A DNA stretch of 64,000 bases from Filifactoraceae bacterium (GCA_041853585.1 JBGZSM010000069.1:867-64866), one strand, 5' to 3'; shown: positions 47,051 to 57,054, counted from the first letter of the stretch. A program made the numbers and translations. Notes: generated by a model not told the origin, from the letters alone.

Positions 47051-48739
47051 TTGGAAAGAAATCCCAATTTTACAAAAGAAAAAGCGGATTTTGTTTTCAA
47101 CAAAATCCAAAAGTATTTTGAGCAAAATGCTTACCGACTCGCGCTTTCCGAAATCATTTCAAATCGCGAATTGCTCGGCTCGGTGCTTAATATCGGAAGT
47201 CAGCTCAAGCTCAATAAGATTTTTTCCCAATCCGTTGTTAATTTGATGCTCGATGCGTTTGAAGTAGATGGCGACCTAAGTCGTTTCAACGAACTGTTCT
47301 CGCAAAATCAAACGGTGCTCGAACTACATACCGAGCAAAAAACCTTTGAGCTTCTGAATAAATATTATAACGAAAAGGATAGTAATCCGAATTTTAAATC
47401 GAAAACACAACATTACGATAACAAATCCGTCCCGCCGGATGACAGCATTTTTCCGGAAGAGGGCGCTGTTCAGATTTCTATAAAAAGTTCATCCGCCAAA
47501 TTGCCTGAGGCGATTGATATTGAGCGAGATTTTTTGGACTCGATTGAATCCCCGAGCTTTCATCATTCACCGCTGAGCGAGGATGAAATGAAGGATGACG
47601 GAGAAATCATCAAATCCAATATCGACACCAAGGCGATTCATGCCGATTTCTTCGACTCGATTCGTCCGCCGAACATGTCCAGCTCATCCATTTTGCCAAG
47701 CGATGATTATGAGCAAATCGCTTTTGATGACAAATTGCTGGAACCGACGCAAAAGGAAAAAATTACAAAAGAAAAATCACAAGTCGATGCTTTTGAGCCG
47801 ATTTCGATTGAAAAAACCATCTTAGGCAAAAAAGAGGACGATACGGTACAGGCATTGCGCGCAAAAATTCAGAGCATCGAGGCAAAAGCAAGCGGAAAAA
47901 CGGAAGAACCTCCGCAGCCGAGCTATACCGAGAGCATTGTTAAAGAAAGACGCGAGATTGTCGAAAACGGTGAAGTCCGAACCGAAACCATCAACAAATC
48001 GGGCGGCAAGGTGACGGAAATCACATTGGACAACTACGAGTTCTCGGAATATCATGCGGAAACGGAATCGAACGAGGATAAGAAAAGCAATAAAAAATCC
48101 AAAAAGAAAAAGAAACAGCCTGCCGATGTAGAGGAAATCAAGAAAGAAATCGAATCGCTCAAGGCGGAAAAGCCGCGAAAGAAACAACCTGCCAAGGCTC
48201 AAAAACAAAAGAAAAGCCAGGAGCAAAGACCTCGCCGAAAACGAAAGCGGGAGCTCAACTATCCTTTTATTGCGCTCATCGCCGTCGTAGCATTGCTTCT
48301 GCTGTTCGGCGGTTACAAAGCCGTCTCGTATTTCAGCAACAAAGCGCCGAATACGCAGAGCCAAAAGCAGCCGAGCGAAAACAAACCGAGCGACAAGGAT
48401 AAAGATAAACAAAACCCCGGCAGCCAAGCCGGCAATCAAACCACGACACCGCCGGCGGAAAACAAACCGAAATATATCTTGCCGACCGACGAGCGTGAGA
48501 TAACGGATGCGGATTTTGAAGGAATGACCAAAGCGCAGGTGCGATTGGCACTCAACGAAATGTTTGCACGACATGGTTGGAATTTCGGGAAAAACGGAGA
48601 GCTATACGATTATTTCTCCAAGCAAAGCTGGTACAAACCGGATATGTCGATGACATCCACCGCTGCTGCGGAAAAGAAATTTAATGAATTTGAAAAGAAA
48701 AATCTGCATATCCTGAAAGAGAAATTCAATTCGATGTAA
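47051..48739 (+). CDS. YARHG-domain membrane protein
   Basis: TTG start after the RBS aaaggagg. Long K/E/P-rich linker, one transmembrane segment (FIALIAVVALLLLFGGY), and a C-terminal LNEMFARHGWNF...YF..Q.WYKP (YARHG motif). Confidence 0.65.
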   Translation: MERNPNFTKEKADFVFNKIQKYFEQNAYRLALSEIISNRELLGSVLNIGSQLKLNKIFSQSVVNLMLDAFEVDGDLSRFNELFSQNQTVLELHTEQKTFELLNKYYNEKDSNPNFKSKTQHYDNKSVPPDDSIFPEEGAVQISIKSSSAKLPEAIDIERDFLDSIESPSFHHSPLSEDEMKDDGEIIKSNIDTKAIHADFFDSIRPPNMSSSSILPSDDYEQIAFDDKLLEPTQKEKITKEKSQVDAFEPISIEKTILGKKEDDTVQALRAKIQSIEAKASGKTEEPPQPSYTESIVKERREIVENGEVRTETINKSGGKVTEITLDNYEFSEYHAETESNEDKKSNKKSKKKKKQPADVEEIKKEIESLKAEKPRKKQPAKAQKQKKSQEQRPRRKRKRELNYPFIALIAVVALLLLFGGYKAVSYFSNKAPNTQSQKQPSENKPSDKDKDKQNPGSQAGNQTTTPPAENKPKYILPTDEREITDADFEGMTKAQVRLALNEMFARHGWNFGKNGELYDYFSKQSWYKPDMSMTSTAAAEKKFNEFEKKNLHILKEKFNSM

Positions 48740-48996
48740 TGAATGAAAGATTGCCAAAAGGGCTGAATAATTTCAGCTCTTTTTTGATTGCCAAAATTGA
48801 TTTCGCTTTTACAAAATGTGATTTATACTATTTTAGAAAAGCCGGTTGGCAATATCTTGAATAGCTTGTCGGGAACGAAAATTTATTCTATGATTATTAA
48901 TGGATATTAGTAGTAATTGCAAATCGAAATTTGTAAGTCACGATATGATTTTATATGAAATTTAATTTTAGAAAAGCCGTTTTTAATTTTTATATT

Positions 48997-49021
48997 AAAA
49001 AATTCCTTCCTAATTATATAG
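48997..49021 (-). repeat. Degenerate copy of the 24-nt motif (reverse orientation, 2 mismatches plus a 1-nt insertion)
   Basis: The plus strand reads aaaaaattccttcctaattatatag, compared with the reverse-complement consensus aaaaaatctcttcctattatatag. Confidence 0.6.
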
Positions 49022-49353
49022 CTGAATTTTACACCCGAAATTTTATACTGTTTTCTCGTCTCTCAACTTTTATCTATTGTATTTCGTGTTTTATCTTTCA
49101 GCTTTATTTTGTTTTCGTGTGATTCATCAACTTTTATTCCCGCGCTCAAACTTGCTTAAACTCTCATCCTTCTTCCCAAGGAATCTCACTTCCTTTTGGG
49201 TAATTCTCCATCGTTTTTTGTTTGGCTGTCCCCATCCATCTTGTAATTTCCGATTTTATTTTTATTTTCTTTTTTGGTAAATATTTTTCTTGTTTCAGGG
49301 TATTATTTAATATTGTGAGAAAAAATGAAAGAGAAAGAAAGGAAGTGTTGCTT

Positions 49354-49980
49354 TTGAAACCGGAAATTCCAAACCTAAATTCAAAATTTGAAAAACAAGC
49401 GGCGGACAGATGGAAGGACAGAGCAAAGAATTTCAAAGACAATTCATACGATGAGATTGACGAATTGCTTCATCGTGCAAAAAACGGGGACTTGAGTGCG
49501 GAAGGCGAACTGATTGAAAAGTTCGAGCCGTTGATTATCAAACGATGCCGATATTATTTCGGAAAAGTGGACGACGATTTGCTCCAAATCGGACGAATCA
49601 AATTGCTCGAGCTGATTCGTCAATTCGATTCTTCGAAAACTGAAGTGAAATTTTCCGGTTATCTCTCGAAATTCTTGGGTTATTTCTATTGGGATATGAA
49701 AAAATCGGAAATGAAACATCAGGACAAAGAAATTATTTCAACACATGATAAAGATTTGCCGCCGGAAGCATCCTATGAGGACAGCGGATTCGAAAGAGTG
49801 GAAATTGAGGACTTGCTTGATTCGCTGGATGAAAAACAACGCTTCATCATAGTAAATCATGTAATGTTGGGCGCAACCATTTCCAATGTCGGCAAAAAAC
49901 TCAATCTCACGAATGAGCAGGTCAAATATCTGAAGAAAAAAGCATTGTGGCAACTTCGTGAAGCAAAACTGATTCGATAA
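49354..49980 (+). CDS. Sigma-70 family RNA polymerase sigma factor (start uncertain: GTG 49315 or TTG 49354)
   Basis: Region-2-like segment LLHRAKNGDLSAEGELIEKFEPLIIK and region-4 helix-turn-helix LDEKQRFIIVNHVMLGATISNVGKKLNLTNEQVKYLKKKAL. Confidence 0.55.
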   Translation: MKPEIPNLNSKFEKQAADRWKDRAKNFKDNSYDEIDELLHRAKNGDLSAEGELIEKFEPLIIKRCRYYFGKVDDDLLQIGRIKLLELIRQFDSSKTEVKFSGYLSKFLGYFYWDMKKSEMKHQDKEIISTHDKDLPPEASYEDSGFERVEIEDLLDSLDEKQRFIIVNHVMLGATISNVGKKLNLTNEQVKYLKKKALWQLREAKLIR

Positions 49981-50024
49981 CAAAAGGCAGTTCCAGAAAA
50001 TCTCATTCTGAAACTGCCTCTCTT

Positions 50025-51998
50025 TTACCAAACGCGCAATCTGTCCTGCGGTTTTACATACATCGGGTCACCTTCTTTTACTTGAAAGTCGATATAGAAC
50101 TGATCCATCTGATTGACAATATTGTTCACGCGATATTTTCCCGGCGGATGCTCATCCGACAAATCCGCAATCGCCGCCTCCGGAGTTTTGAGCTCACGCC
50201 ACACTTTGCCATAGGACTCGAAAACTTTTTTAGTGTCATATCCTTTTTCTTTTGAAATGTCGAGCACCACCGTCAATCCGCCGAGGTCCGCCAAGATTTC
50301 ACCGGTTGAAATTTTCCCGTTGACCTTATAGCCCGGTGCCACTTCCAATGCGGAATAAATGTCCGCCGCTTGCTGAACCTTGCTTGAGAATTTTTTGTAG
50401 TCCTCGCTCTTCCACCAGTTGACATGATTTCCTTTTTCGTCAAACTGTGCTCCGCTGTCGTCGAAAGCATGCGAAATTTCATGCCCGATGACCGCACCGA
50501 TGCCGCCCAAGTTTTCTTCTTTGGACGCTTGCGGGTCATAGAACGGTGGCTGCAAAATCCCCGCCGGAAACACGATTTCATTGTTCACCGGATTATAGTA
50601 CGCATTGACGGTCTGCGGATACATTCCCCATTGTATTTTATTCGGCGGAAGATTGAGCTGACCGACCGATTGCAAAATCGAAAGTTGTATAATCGCCTCG
50701 ACATTCGAAACGACGGTTCCGCCCTGCTCACTCGTCTTGATTTTTACACGCTTATAGCTCGACCATTGATCCGGATAACCGATTTTCACATTCATCGTCT
50801 CCAGTTTTTTCAGCGCCTTCGCCTTGGTCTCGCCGGACATCCAATCGAGATTCTCAATTCGCTTCCTGTAAGCGGACTTAATTTCCTTGACCATCGCCAG
50901 AACATCCTGCTTGGTATTTGCGGAAAAATATTTTTTGACATAGACCTTGCCCATCAGCTCGCCGAATATCTGAGTCGTAATCTCAAATGCAATTTCTTCA
51001 TCGGACGGCACGCGATAAGCCCCCGTAAAGGATTGACGAAATTTCATCACGCTTTTGATAACATCCTTGGACAGGTACATCGCATTGTCACGAATGATGC
51101 GAAGTTCCATCTGCGCCTGAATCGCCAAACGGTTTTGCTCATGATACATGCTGTTCAATTTTTGAATCGCCTTGGGCTGACTGACCACGATTTTTTTGGC
51201 ATGATCGACCTTCATCGCTTTGATGGTCGTAACGATAGGAAGCTTCGGACTGATTTTCTCCAGCTCCGAGAGCGTCATCGTATTGTATTGTGACTCGAAA
51301 TTCGAGCTGTCCTCTTTTGACAAAACCGCCGTCGACAATTCCTTTTCAAAATTGAATACCGCATCGGCTTTTCGCTTTGCCTCGTCTTTGGAATTACCGT
51401 TGAGCACAAGCAGCTCGCTCAAATAATTTTTGTATGCCTTCTGAACTTTGAGCGAAAATTCGTCCTTGCCCTCCAAATACACTTTCGGCAAACCGATGCT
51501 CGGCTCTTTCACATACAAAATATTCATCCGATTGTCCTTAATATCCTGGTCGATTGCCAGCGATATGACGGTGCCGTAATTTTTTTGATACAAAGTTACC
51601 ATCGCCTGATTGACCTGCTCCATCGATTGAGCCGAAGTAATCTTGTCCAGCAAATGTTTTATCGGCGTAAGCTTTTGAGCATCTCGCGTTTTGAAATCCA
51701 CAGCCATATTGTAAAAGTCGATGAGCTTTTTCTCATCGCTGCCCTCTTTCAGCTTCGCGTAATTGGCACGCAGCTCCTGAATCATCTCATGCAGATGCTG
51801 CTCCGTCTTTTCATTGATTTGATAAAAATTTCCGGTGGAAGACCTCCCCTCCGGGATTTTCGTTTGTTTAAGCCACTCTTCATTGACATAACTATAAAAA
51901 TCCGTCTGAGGTGTCGCTTTTTCTTCCGCATAGACCACGCTCGACAGCAACAAAACCCAAGCCATCAATAGCGCCAACATTTGCGTTCTTCTCTTCAC
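50025..51998 (-). CDS. pepO: M13 family metallopeptidase (PepO/neprilysin-like)
   Basis: VIGHEISHAFD (HExxH), GEILADLGG (GENIAD-like) and N-terminal NFYQ..N segment. A GTG start at 51998 after the RBS aaggag gives the signal peptide MKRRTQMLALLMAWVLLL. Confidence 0.8.
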   Translation of the reverse strand: MKRRTQMLALLMAWVLLLSSVVYAEEKATPQTDFYSYVNEEWLKQTKIPEGRSSTGNFYQINEKTEQHLHEMIQELRANYAKLKEGSDEKKLIDFYNMAVDFKTRDAQKLTPIKHLLDKITSAQSMEQVNQAMVTLYQKNYGTVISLAIDQDIKDNRMNILYVKEPSIGLPKVYLEGKDEFSLKVQKAYKNYLSELLVLNGNSKDEAKRKADAVFNFEKELSTAVLSKEDSSNFESQYNTMTLSELEKISPKLPIVTTIKAMKVDHAKKIVVSQPKAIQKLNSMYHEQNRLAIQAQMELRIIRDNAMYLSKDVIKSVMKFRQSFTGAYRVPSDEEIAFEITTQIFGELMGKVYVKKYFSANTKQDVLAMVKEIKSAYRKRIENLDWMSGETKAKALKKLETMNVKIGYPDQWSSYKRVKIKTSEQGGTVVSNVEAIIQLSILQSVGQLNLPPNKIQWGMYPQTVNAYYNPVNNEIVFPAGILQPPFYDPQASKEENLGGIGAVIGHEISHAFDDSGAQFDEKGNHVNWWKSEDYKKFSSKVQQAADIYSALEVAPGYKVNGKISTGEILADLGGLTVVLDISKEKGYDTKKVFESYGKVWRELKTPEAAIADLSDEHPPGKYRVNNIVNQMDQFYIDFQVKEGDPMYVKPQDRLRVW

Positions 51999-52062
51999 AT
52001 CTTTCTCCTTCTGCACAAAATAAGATGCAGCCAAGCTGCAATCTCATTTATTCTCTATTCTT

Positions 52063-52575
52063 TTATTCGTTGCGATTTTTCCATTCGCTTTGAAGCATGC
52101 TCATCAAATTGAAATTGTAAAAAGCGCCGTCCTTGTAACCCGCTTCTCTCGCAACTCCTTCAAACGCAAATCCCAACGCTTCGTACATCGCTTGCGCCGG
52201 ATTGCCGTCGAAATAATCCAGCGTAACCCGATTGAGTTCCAATTTTTCAAAACAAAAACGCATGAGCGCAAGCATCATCACACGACCCAGACCCTTGCCG
52301 CGATGCTCCTGCTCGCCGATATAAATTCTTGTGATATCAATCGATTTCGTATTTTTGTCATAGCGACTCAAATACGCTCGCCCAATCATTTCACCGTTAA
52401 GCAAAACGGCAAAATCCATCATCGTATCATCCTGCTCCCGCTTGATAAATTCGCGTACGACTTCTTCATAAGTCTTGCCTTTGGGAATGCTCAAAAACTG
52501 AATGACATTATCGTCACTCTCCCATTTGTGAAAATAGGTGCAGTCATCAAATTTTGCCTTTCGTAATGTAATCAT
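52063..52575 (-). CDS. GNAT N-acetyltransferase (RimJ/RimL-like)
   Basis: 170 aa; IGEQEHRGKGLGRVMM acetyl-CoA motif. Confidence 0.7.
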   Translation of the reverse strand: MITLRKAKFDDCTYFHKWESDDNVIQFLSIPKGKTYEEVVREFIKREQDDTMMDFAVLLNGEMIGRAYLSRYDKNTKSIDITRIYIGEQEHRGKGLGRVMMLALMRFCFEKLELNRVTLDYFDGNPAQAMYEALGFAFEGVAREAGYKDGAFYNFNLMSMLQSEWKNRNE

Positions 52576-52642
52576 AAAAGCTCCTTTCGTCTCAAAACTT
52601 TCTTTCTTTAATATACTATGATTCTACCCAAAAATAAAGACC

Positions 52643-53884
52643 CTATGAACAATAAGGTCTTACATTATCTAAAATATTTTCAGCAACGGCTTGCCAAGAA
52701 AATTTCTCCATCGGAAGAATGATTTTTTCAAAATTCCGCGCTGAAATTCGATTCATCTGCTCCTCAATCGCCTGAGCGAATCTTTTTTCATAATCCGGCA
52801 GCTCGCTCGGAATCGGCTTATCCATTTCAAGCATTCTCGGAAGCGGTACAAAAACAATCGGCGGCTCGGGAATCTTGCTCGTAATCCAAGATTTGAGTCC
52901 CGGCGTATCCGATGCCACAACGGGCAAACCGCAAGCCATCGCCTCGATGCTCACCAAACCCAATCCTTCATAATACGACGGAAAAACGAATAAATCACAG
53001 TTGCGATACAGCTCCGCAAGCTCCGTCTGCGGAATCATCCCCAAAAACTCAATCGGATAATCCGCCCGACTCGCCAGATTTTTGATTTCGGCAAACTCTT
53101 TTTCATCGCCGCCGCCACCCGCCAAATACAGCTCAATATTTTTGCTTTGCAAAAGCGCCAACGCTCGAAGCAAGGACAAAAGACCTTTGTTGACCGCAAT
53201 CTTGCCGGCATAAGCCATTCGAATCGGACGATGAGATTCCTCATTTTTTCTTTTTTCGTCGCCGGGATAAAAAATCGCCGGATTGTATCCGTTGCCGACA
53301 GCGACAATTTGCTCCTTCGGCAGACCGACAATCTGCCGAATTTCCTCCCGCTGCTCCTCCTGAAGTGCAAAAATCGTCGGGATTTTTTGTATCGCGCGCA
53401 GAATACGCTCCCGCTCAAACGAATTGCTCTCCAGTTGCCGTAAACAAGTTCCGTGACAGATGGCCGCGATGGAATGCTGAGGAAAATTTTCCACAACGAG
53501 CGCCGTCAAAAAATACAGATGATGACAAAGTATCAAATCCGGCTGAAACGATTCGACCATCTGTTTGAGCTTCTGCACAAATACATGCTCAAAACGCTTT
53601 GCCATCTCAGCGCTCAAATCCCGATATCTCGTTGACGGATACGGCATCACATCGCTCATCCCAAGCGGCGCGAACGGAAGCTCCTCGTTGCCGAAAATCA
53701 CCGGCTCGATTATAATATCCGAAAAAGTATCGGCGAAATTCGCGAAATACGGCTCCTCTTTGTCGATGCCGCAAATAATTGCCTGCGTGTGATTCATTTT
53801 TTGAAACTCGCGCACCAATTCGCTCAAATACACTCCGCTTCCCGTGGCATAAGGCTTTTGCGCAATGACACTCAAAATTTTCAT
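52643..53884 (-). CDS. Glycosyltransferase family 4 (GT-B)
   Basis: N-terminus MKILSVIAQKPYATGSGVY and C-terminal FVFPSYYEGLGLVSIEAMACGLPVVAS (E-x7-E region). Confidence 0.7.
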   Translation of the reverse strand: MKILSVIAQKPYATGSGVYLSELVREFQKMNHTQAIICGIDKEEPYFANFADTFSDIIIEPVIFGNEELPFAPLGMSDVMPYPSTRYRDLSAEMAKRFEHVFVQKLKQMVESFQPDLILCHHLYFLTALVVENFPQHSIAAICHGTCLRQLESNSFERERILRAIQKIPTIFALQEEQREEIRQIVGLPKEQIVAVGNGYNPAIFYPGDEKRKNEESHRPIRMAYAGKIAVNKGLLSLLRALALLQSKNIELYLAGGGGDEKEFAEIKNLASRADYPIEFLGMIPQTELAELYRNCDLFVFPSYYEGLGLVSIEAMACGLPVVASDTPGLKSWITSKIPEPPIVFVPLPRMLEMDKPIPSELPDYEKRFAQAIEEQMNRISARNFEKIILPMEKFSWQAVAENILDNVRPYCS

Positions 53885-53894
53885 AGCTCCCCCA

Positions 53895-54377
53895 TTATTT
53901 ATGATAGATTTCGTTCGCATTGATTTTGCACGCACGATAAATTTGCTCCAACAACATCACACGAAACAGTTGATGCGGAAAGGTCATTTGGCTGAAACTG
54001 ATTTTCATATCGCCACGCTCCCTCACCGCATCACCCAGTCCGAGACTTCCGCCAATCAACAGCGTCAAATTGCTCACGCCTTGAACCGCTTTTTGCTCAA
54101 ATAGTTCGGCAAAACCCTCCGAAGTCATCGCCTTTCCCTCCGGCGACAACAAAATGACAAATTCATTTTCTTTGATTTTGGAAAGCATGCGTCTCGCTTC
54201 CGCATCCTTGACCTGCTCTTCTTCCTTCGCCGATGCCTTTTCCGACAATTTTTCTTCCGGCAATTCCAAAACACTCAGTTTGGCAAAACGACTCAAACGC
54301 TTTTGATATTCCTCACTCGCCGCCTGCCAAAAACTCTCTTTCAATTTCCCTATCGCTATAATTTTTATGCTCAACAT
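53895..54377 (-). CDS. rlmH: 23S rRNA (pseudouridine1915-N3)-methyltransferase
   Basis: IKIIAIGKLKE...YQKRL...LLIGGSLGL...SFSQMTFPHQL.RVML.EQIYRA. Confidence 0.85.
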   Translation of the reverse strand: MLSIKIIAIGKLKESFWQAASEEYQKRLSRFAKLSVLELPEEKLSEKASAKEEEQVKDAEARRMLSKIKENEFVILLSPEGKAMTSEGFAELFEQKAVQGVSNLTLLIGGSLGLGDAVRERGDMKISFSQMTFPHQLFRVMLLEQIYRACKINANEIYHK

Positions 54378-54766
54378 TATTCGTAATCATCCTCATAAAT
54401 CGGTTCGTAAAAATCTTCTTCATAATCATACTCGAATCGTCGTTGATTTTGCCGATGCTCTTCCTCCCAATACGCTTTGCGCTGAGGATTTCCGGATTGC
54501 TCGAACCGCTCCATAAGCTCAGATTGCTCTTTGAAATACTGCTCCTCTTTCATCTGCTCAATCACTGCATCAATATGACGCTCCAACATCGGATTCGGCT
54601 TCTTGTCCAAATCACTCGCGCCCTCCGGCATTTTTCCCGCCGGATTTGGCAATGCATCCTCTTTTTGATGCCCGCGCATATCCATTGTGTTTTCAGATTC
54701 GTCGACAGCTTTGGCTTGAACTTGCTTCTCTCTATCGACGCCTTCATTTTTCTCTATCTTTTTCAT
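54377..54766 (-). CDS. Acidic hypothetical protein
   Basis: RBS gagaggag precedes the ATG at 54766. 129 aa, E/D/Y-rich C-terminus. Confidence 0.45.
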   Translation of the reverse strand: MKKIEKNEGVDREKQVQAKAVDESENTMDMRGHQKEDALPNPAGKMPEGASDLDKKPNPMLERHIDAVIEQMKEEQYFKEQSELMERFEQSGNPQRKAYWEEEHRQNQRRFEYDYEEDFYEPIYEDDYE

Positions 54767-54911
54767 CACAAACTCCTCTCTCAAGTAGTTGTTCTTACTT
54801 TGATTATACGATTTTTCAGGCGCAATTACAAGCCAAAGCGAACGCAAATAAAAAGTCACTGCTCAAAACTCCTTGGACTGTCATTTCAAATCAGGACTTT
54901 TCAAACAGTGA

Positions 54912-55538
54912 CTATCTTTCGTTAAGTCGAATGGAGAATGTTTTTTCCGCCACCTCAAACGCTTTCTCAACCGGAAGGCAATAAGTGTTTTCCTTATCCT
55001 CCTCCGCAATACCGTTATAATACTCTTCCATGTGTTTCTTTGAACCAAAGAAATTCATGATATTTCAACAATTTGCCGCCCAATTTTCTACTTTTGATAA
55101 ATCAACATGGATGGCACATAATGAGTGTGGCTGATACTCCGTCAATTCCCCATTGCAAATTGAAACTTGGATTTTCTCGCCGGAAACGGGACATACCGAC
55201 TCAATATTGATATCCTGATTGAATACAAATGCCGAACCCATCGCATCAATTGCGCACATTGAATAGAATTCTCTTCCGTCCTTAAGCTTTACATGATGAC
55301 TGGTCGGTAAATTGGACACCGGATATGCAAATAGAATCTCTTCGCCGTCCGTTACAATAGTTTCCTTCTCTATCAGGCTATCGATGATACTGCGATTATC
55401 TCCGCAAAATTTTTCCTCCGTAAGCGGTTTTCGTTTCTCAATCATCGCATTGAGCAATTCGATGCGAAGCTTACTTTCTTTTTCATCTAATTTCGCATCA
55501 ATGTTAATGACCTTTTCTAAATCAATTTTCGTATTCAC
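54912..55538 (-). CDS. MerB-like organometal lyase, candidate selenoprotein (in-frame UGA at 55065-55067, C-U motif)
   Basis: FYSMCAIDAMG aligns with MerB YAWCALDTL (Cys/Asp). The track ORF stops at ...WAANC-TGA, but the same frame continues for 50 codons: NIMNFFGSKKHMEEYY...PVEKAFEVAEK. That matches MerB [9 protein letters not shown]...VHEAFGLGQ. GTG start at 55538 overlaps the ATPase stop. Confidence 0.75.
55035..55053 (-). promoter_or_regulatory. SECIS-like hairpin for the MerB-like UGA
   Basis: Minus strand: tttcttt-GGTTC-aaagaaa, starting 11 nt after the TGA. Confidence 0.6.
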
Positions 55539-56290
55539 ACAATTACTCCCTTTTCTGAAATTTTTTGAACCAGTTTCATGCAATAGTCCTTATATTGCTC
55601 ACAGTAGCGATTGCGTGGTCTCGGAAGATTATTTTCCAATTCATATACAATCTTTCCTGCATTCGTTGACATCAAAATAACTTTATCACTCAAATATACT
55701 GCCTCATCCACATCGTGCGTTACCATGAGTGCGGTAATCTTTTCTTCACGCCAAATATTTTCAATCTCCATCTGGAGCGATTGGCGCATCATCAAATCCA
55801 ATGCTCCAAGCGGTTCATCCATCAATAAAACCTTCGGCTTACTTGCCAAAGCTCGAACCAAAGCCGTTCTCTGTTTCATTCCACCTGATATCTGATGAGA
55901 ATATAATTCTTCATGTCCTTTTAATTTAGAAATCTCCAACAGATATTCCAGCCTTTGCCGTTGTTCATTATCCGGAATCTTCATTTGTTTCATCGGGAAC
56001 AAAATATTGTCTTTGACCGTCATCCAAGGGAACAACGCATAGTTCTGGAATACAAATGCTCTATCGGGATTCGGACCATTTATTATGTCGCCATCCAATT
56101 TCACCATTCCCGAATCGCTTTTTTCAAATCCGGCAATTATTGAAAGCATTGTTGTTTTTCCACATCCGGATGGACCGAGTAATGTTACAAACTGCCCCTC
56201 TTCTAAAGTGAATGAAATATTTTCCAGCACTTTCTTATGTTTGTTTTGATTTTTAAATGTCTTTGATATATTATTTACTTCCAGTTTCAT
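55535..56290 (-). CDS. ABC transporter ATP-binding protein (nitrate/sulfonate/taurine NitT-type)
   Basis: GPSGCGKTT, ISGGMKQR and LLMDEPLGALD motifs. The ATG at 56290 forms an ATGA overlap with the permease stop. Confidence 0.85.
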   Translation of the reverse strand: MKLEVNNISKTFKNQNKHKKVLENISFTLEEGQFVTLLGPSGCGKTTMLSIIAGFEKSDSGMVKLDGDIINGPNPDRAFVFQNYALFPWMTVKDNILFPMKQMKIPDNEQRQRLEYLLEISKLKGHEELYSHQISGGMKQRTALVRALASKPKVLLMDEPLGALDLMMRQSLQMEIENIWREEKITALMVTHDVDEAVYLSDKVILMSTNAGKIVYELENNLPRPRNRYCEQYKDYCMKLVQKISEKGVIV

Positions 56291-57054
56291 GATACAAATC
56301 TCCACTTGGTAAGATATCTATTTGTTATTTGTAAAAGAATATCAATCGCATATCCTATAATAGCTGACATAAACATCAGCGCAATCAGCACATCGGTTTG
56401 CATCATCGATTGTGCTTCCACCATTGAGTAGCCCAGACCGGCACTTGTCGCTATGAACTCCGCTCAGATTACTGACATCCATCCGCTGCCGATTGCCAAT
56501 CTCGCTCCTACTAGAATATCCGGTAACGCTCCGGGTATCACCACATTCCAAAAAATGCTCCATTTCCCGGCGCCCATACTTTTAGCTGCATTATAATAGT
56601 CTTTGGAAATATTTGATACCCCTTGATTCGTATTCAATATTACTTGGAACAGACCATTGATTGCAATCATGAAAAGAGTTGGTCCATCTCCAATTCCCAA
56701 CCAGATAATTGTAAGAGGAACCCATGCCATCATCGGAATTTGACGAAGAGAATTCATCAGGCCACCAAAAACATAATTAAATTTTTTTGATAAGCCCATT
56801 CCGATTCCTAAAGGGATACCGATGATAAGTGCAATTAACCATCCTTTCAATACGCGTACCATAGTAATTCCAACATTGGTCATAATTTTTAAATCAAAGA
56901 TACTTTGAAAAAATGCTTTTGCCGTTGCATACGGCGTCGGTAAAAGTAATGGAATGGCGATTCTTTTTGCCGCAATGTACCATCCAAGCAACAAAATGCA
57001 GTAAAAAGCTAATTTCAAAATAGCATCTTTATAGTTGATTTTTAGATTCTGCAT
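56287..57054 (-). CDS. ABC transporter permease (SsuC/TauC type) interrupted by an in-frame TGA at 56464-56466; Sec-recoded or a pseudogene
   Basis: ...AIGSGWMSVI-TGA-AEFIATSAGLGYSMVEAQSMMQTDVLIALMFMSAIIGYAIDILLQITNRYLTKWRFVS, all in one frame. The gene ends in an ATGA overlap with the ATPase start. Confidence 0.6.
56427..56445 (-). promoter_or_regulatory. SECIS-like hairpin for the permease UGA (weaker)
   Basis: Minus strand: agtgcc-GGTCTG-ggc(t)act, starting 18 nt after the TGA. It overlaps the conserved AGLGY codons, so it may be coincidental. Confidence 0.35.

Noticed and set aside
47822-48574. 250-aa minus-strand ORF.
   Set aside because: It lies antisense within the K/E/P-rich low-complexity linker of the YARHG protein. 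Its translation is R/F/L-rich with no RBS or motif, typical of a shadow ORF.
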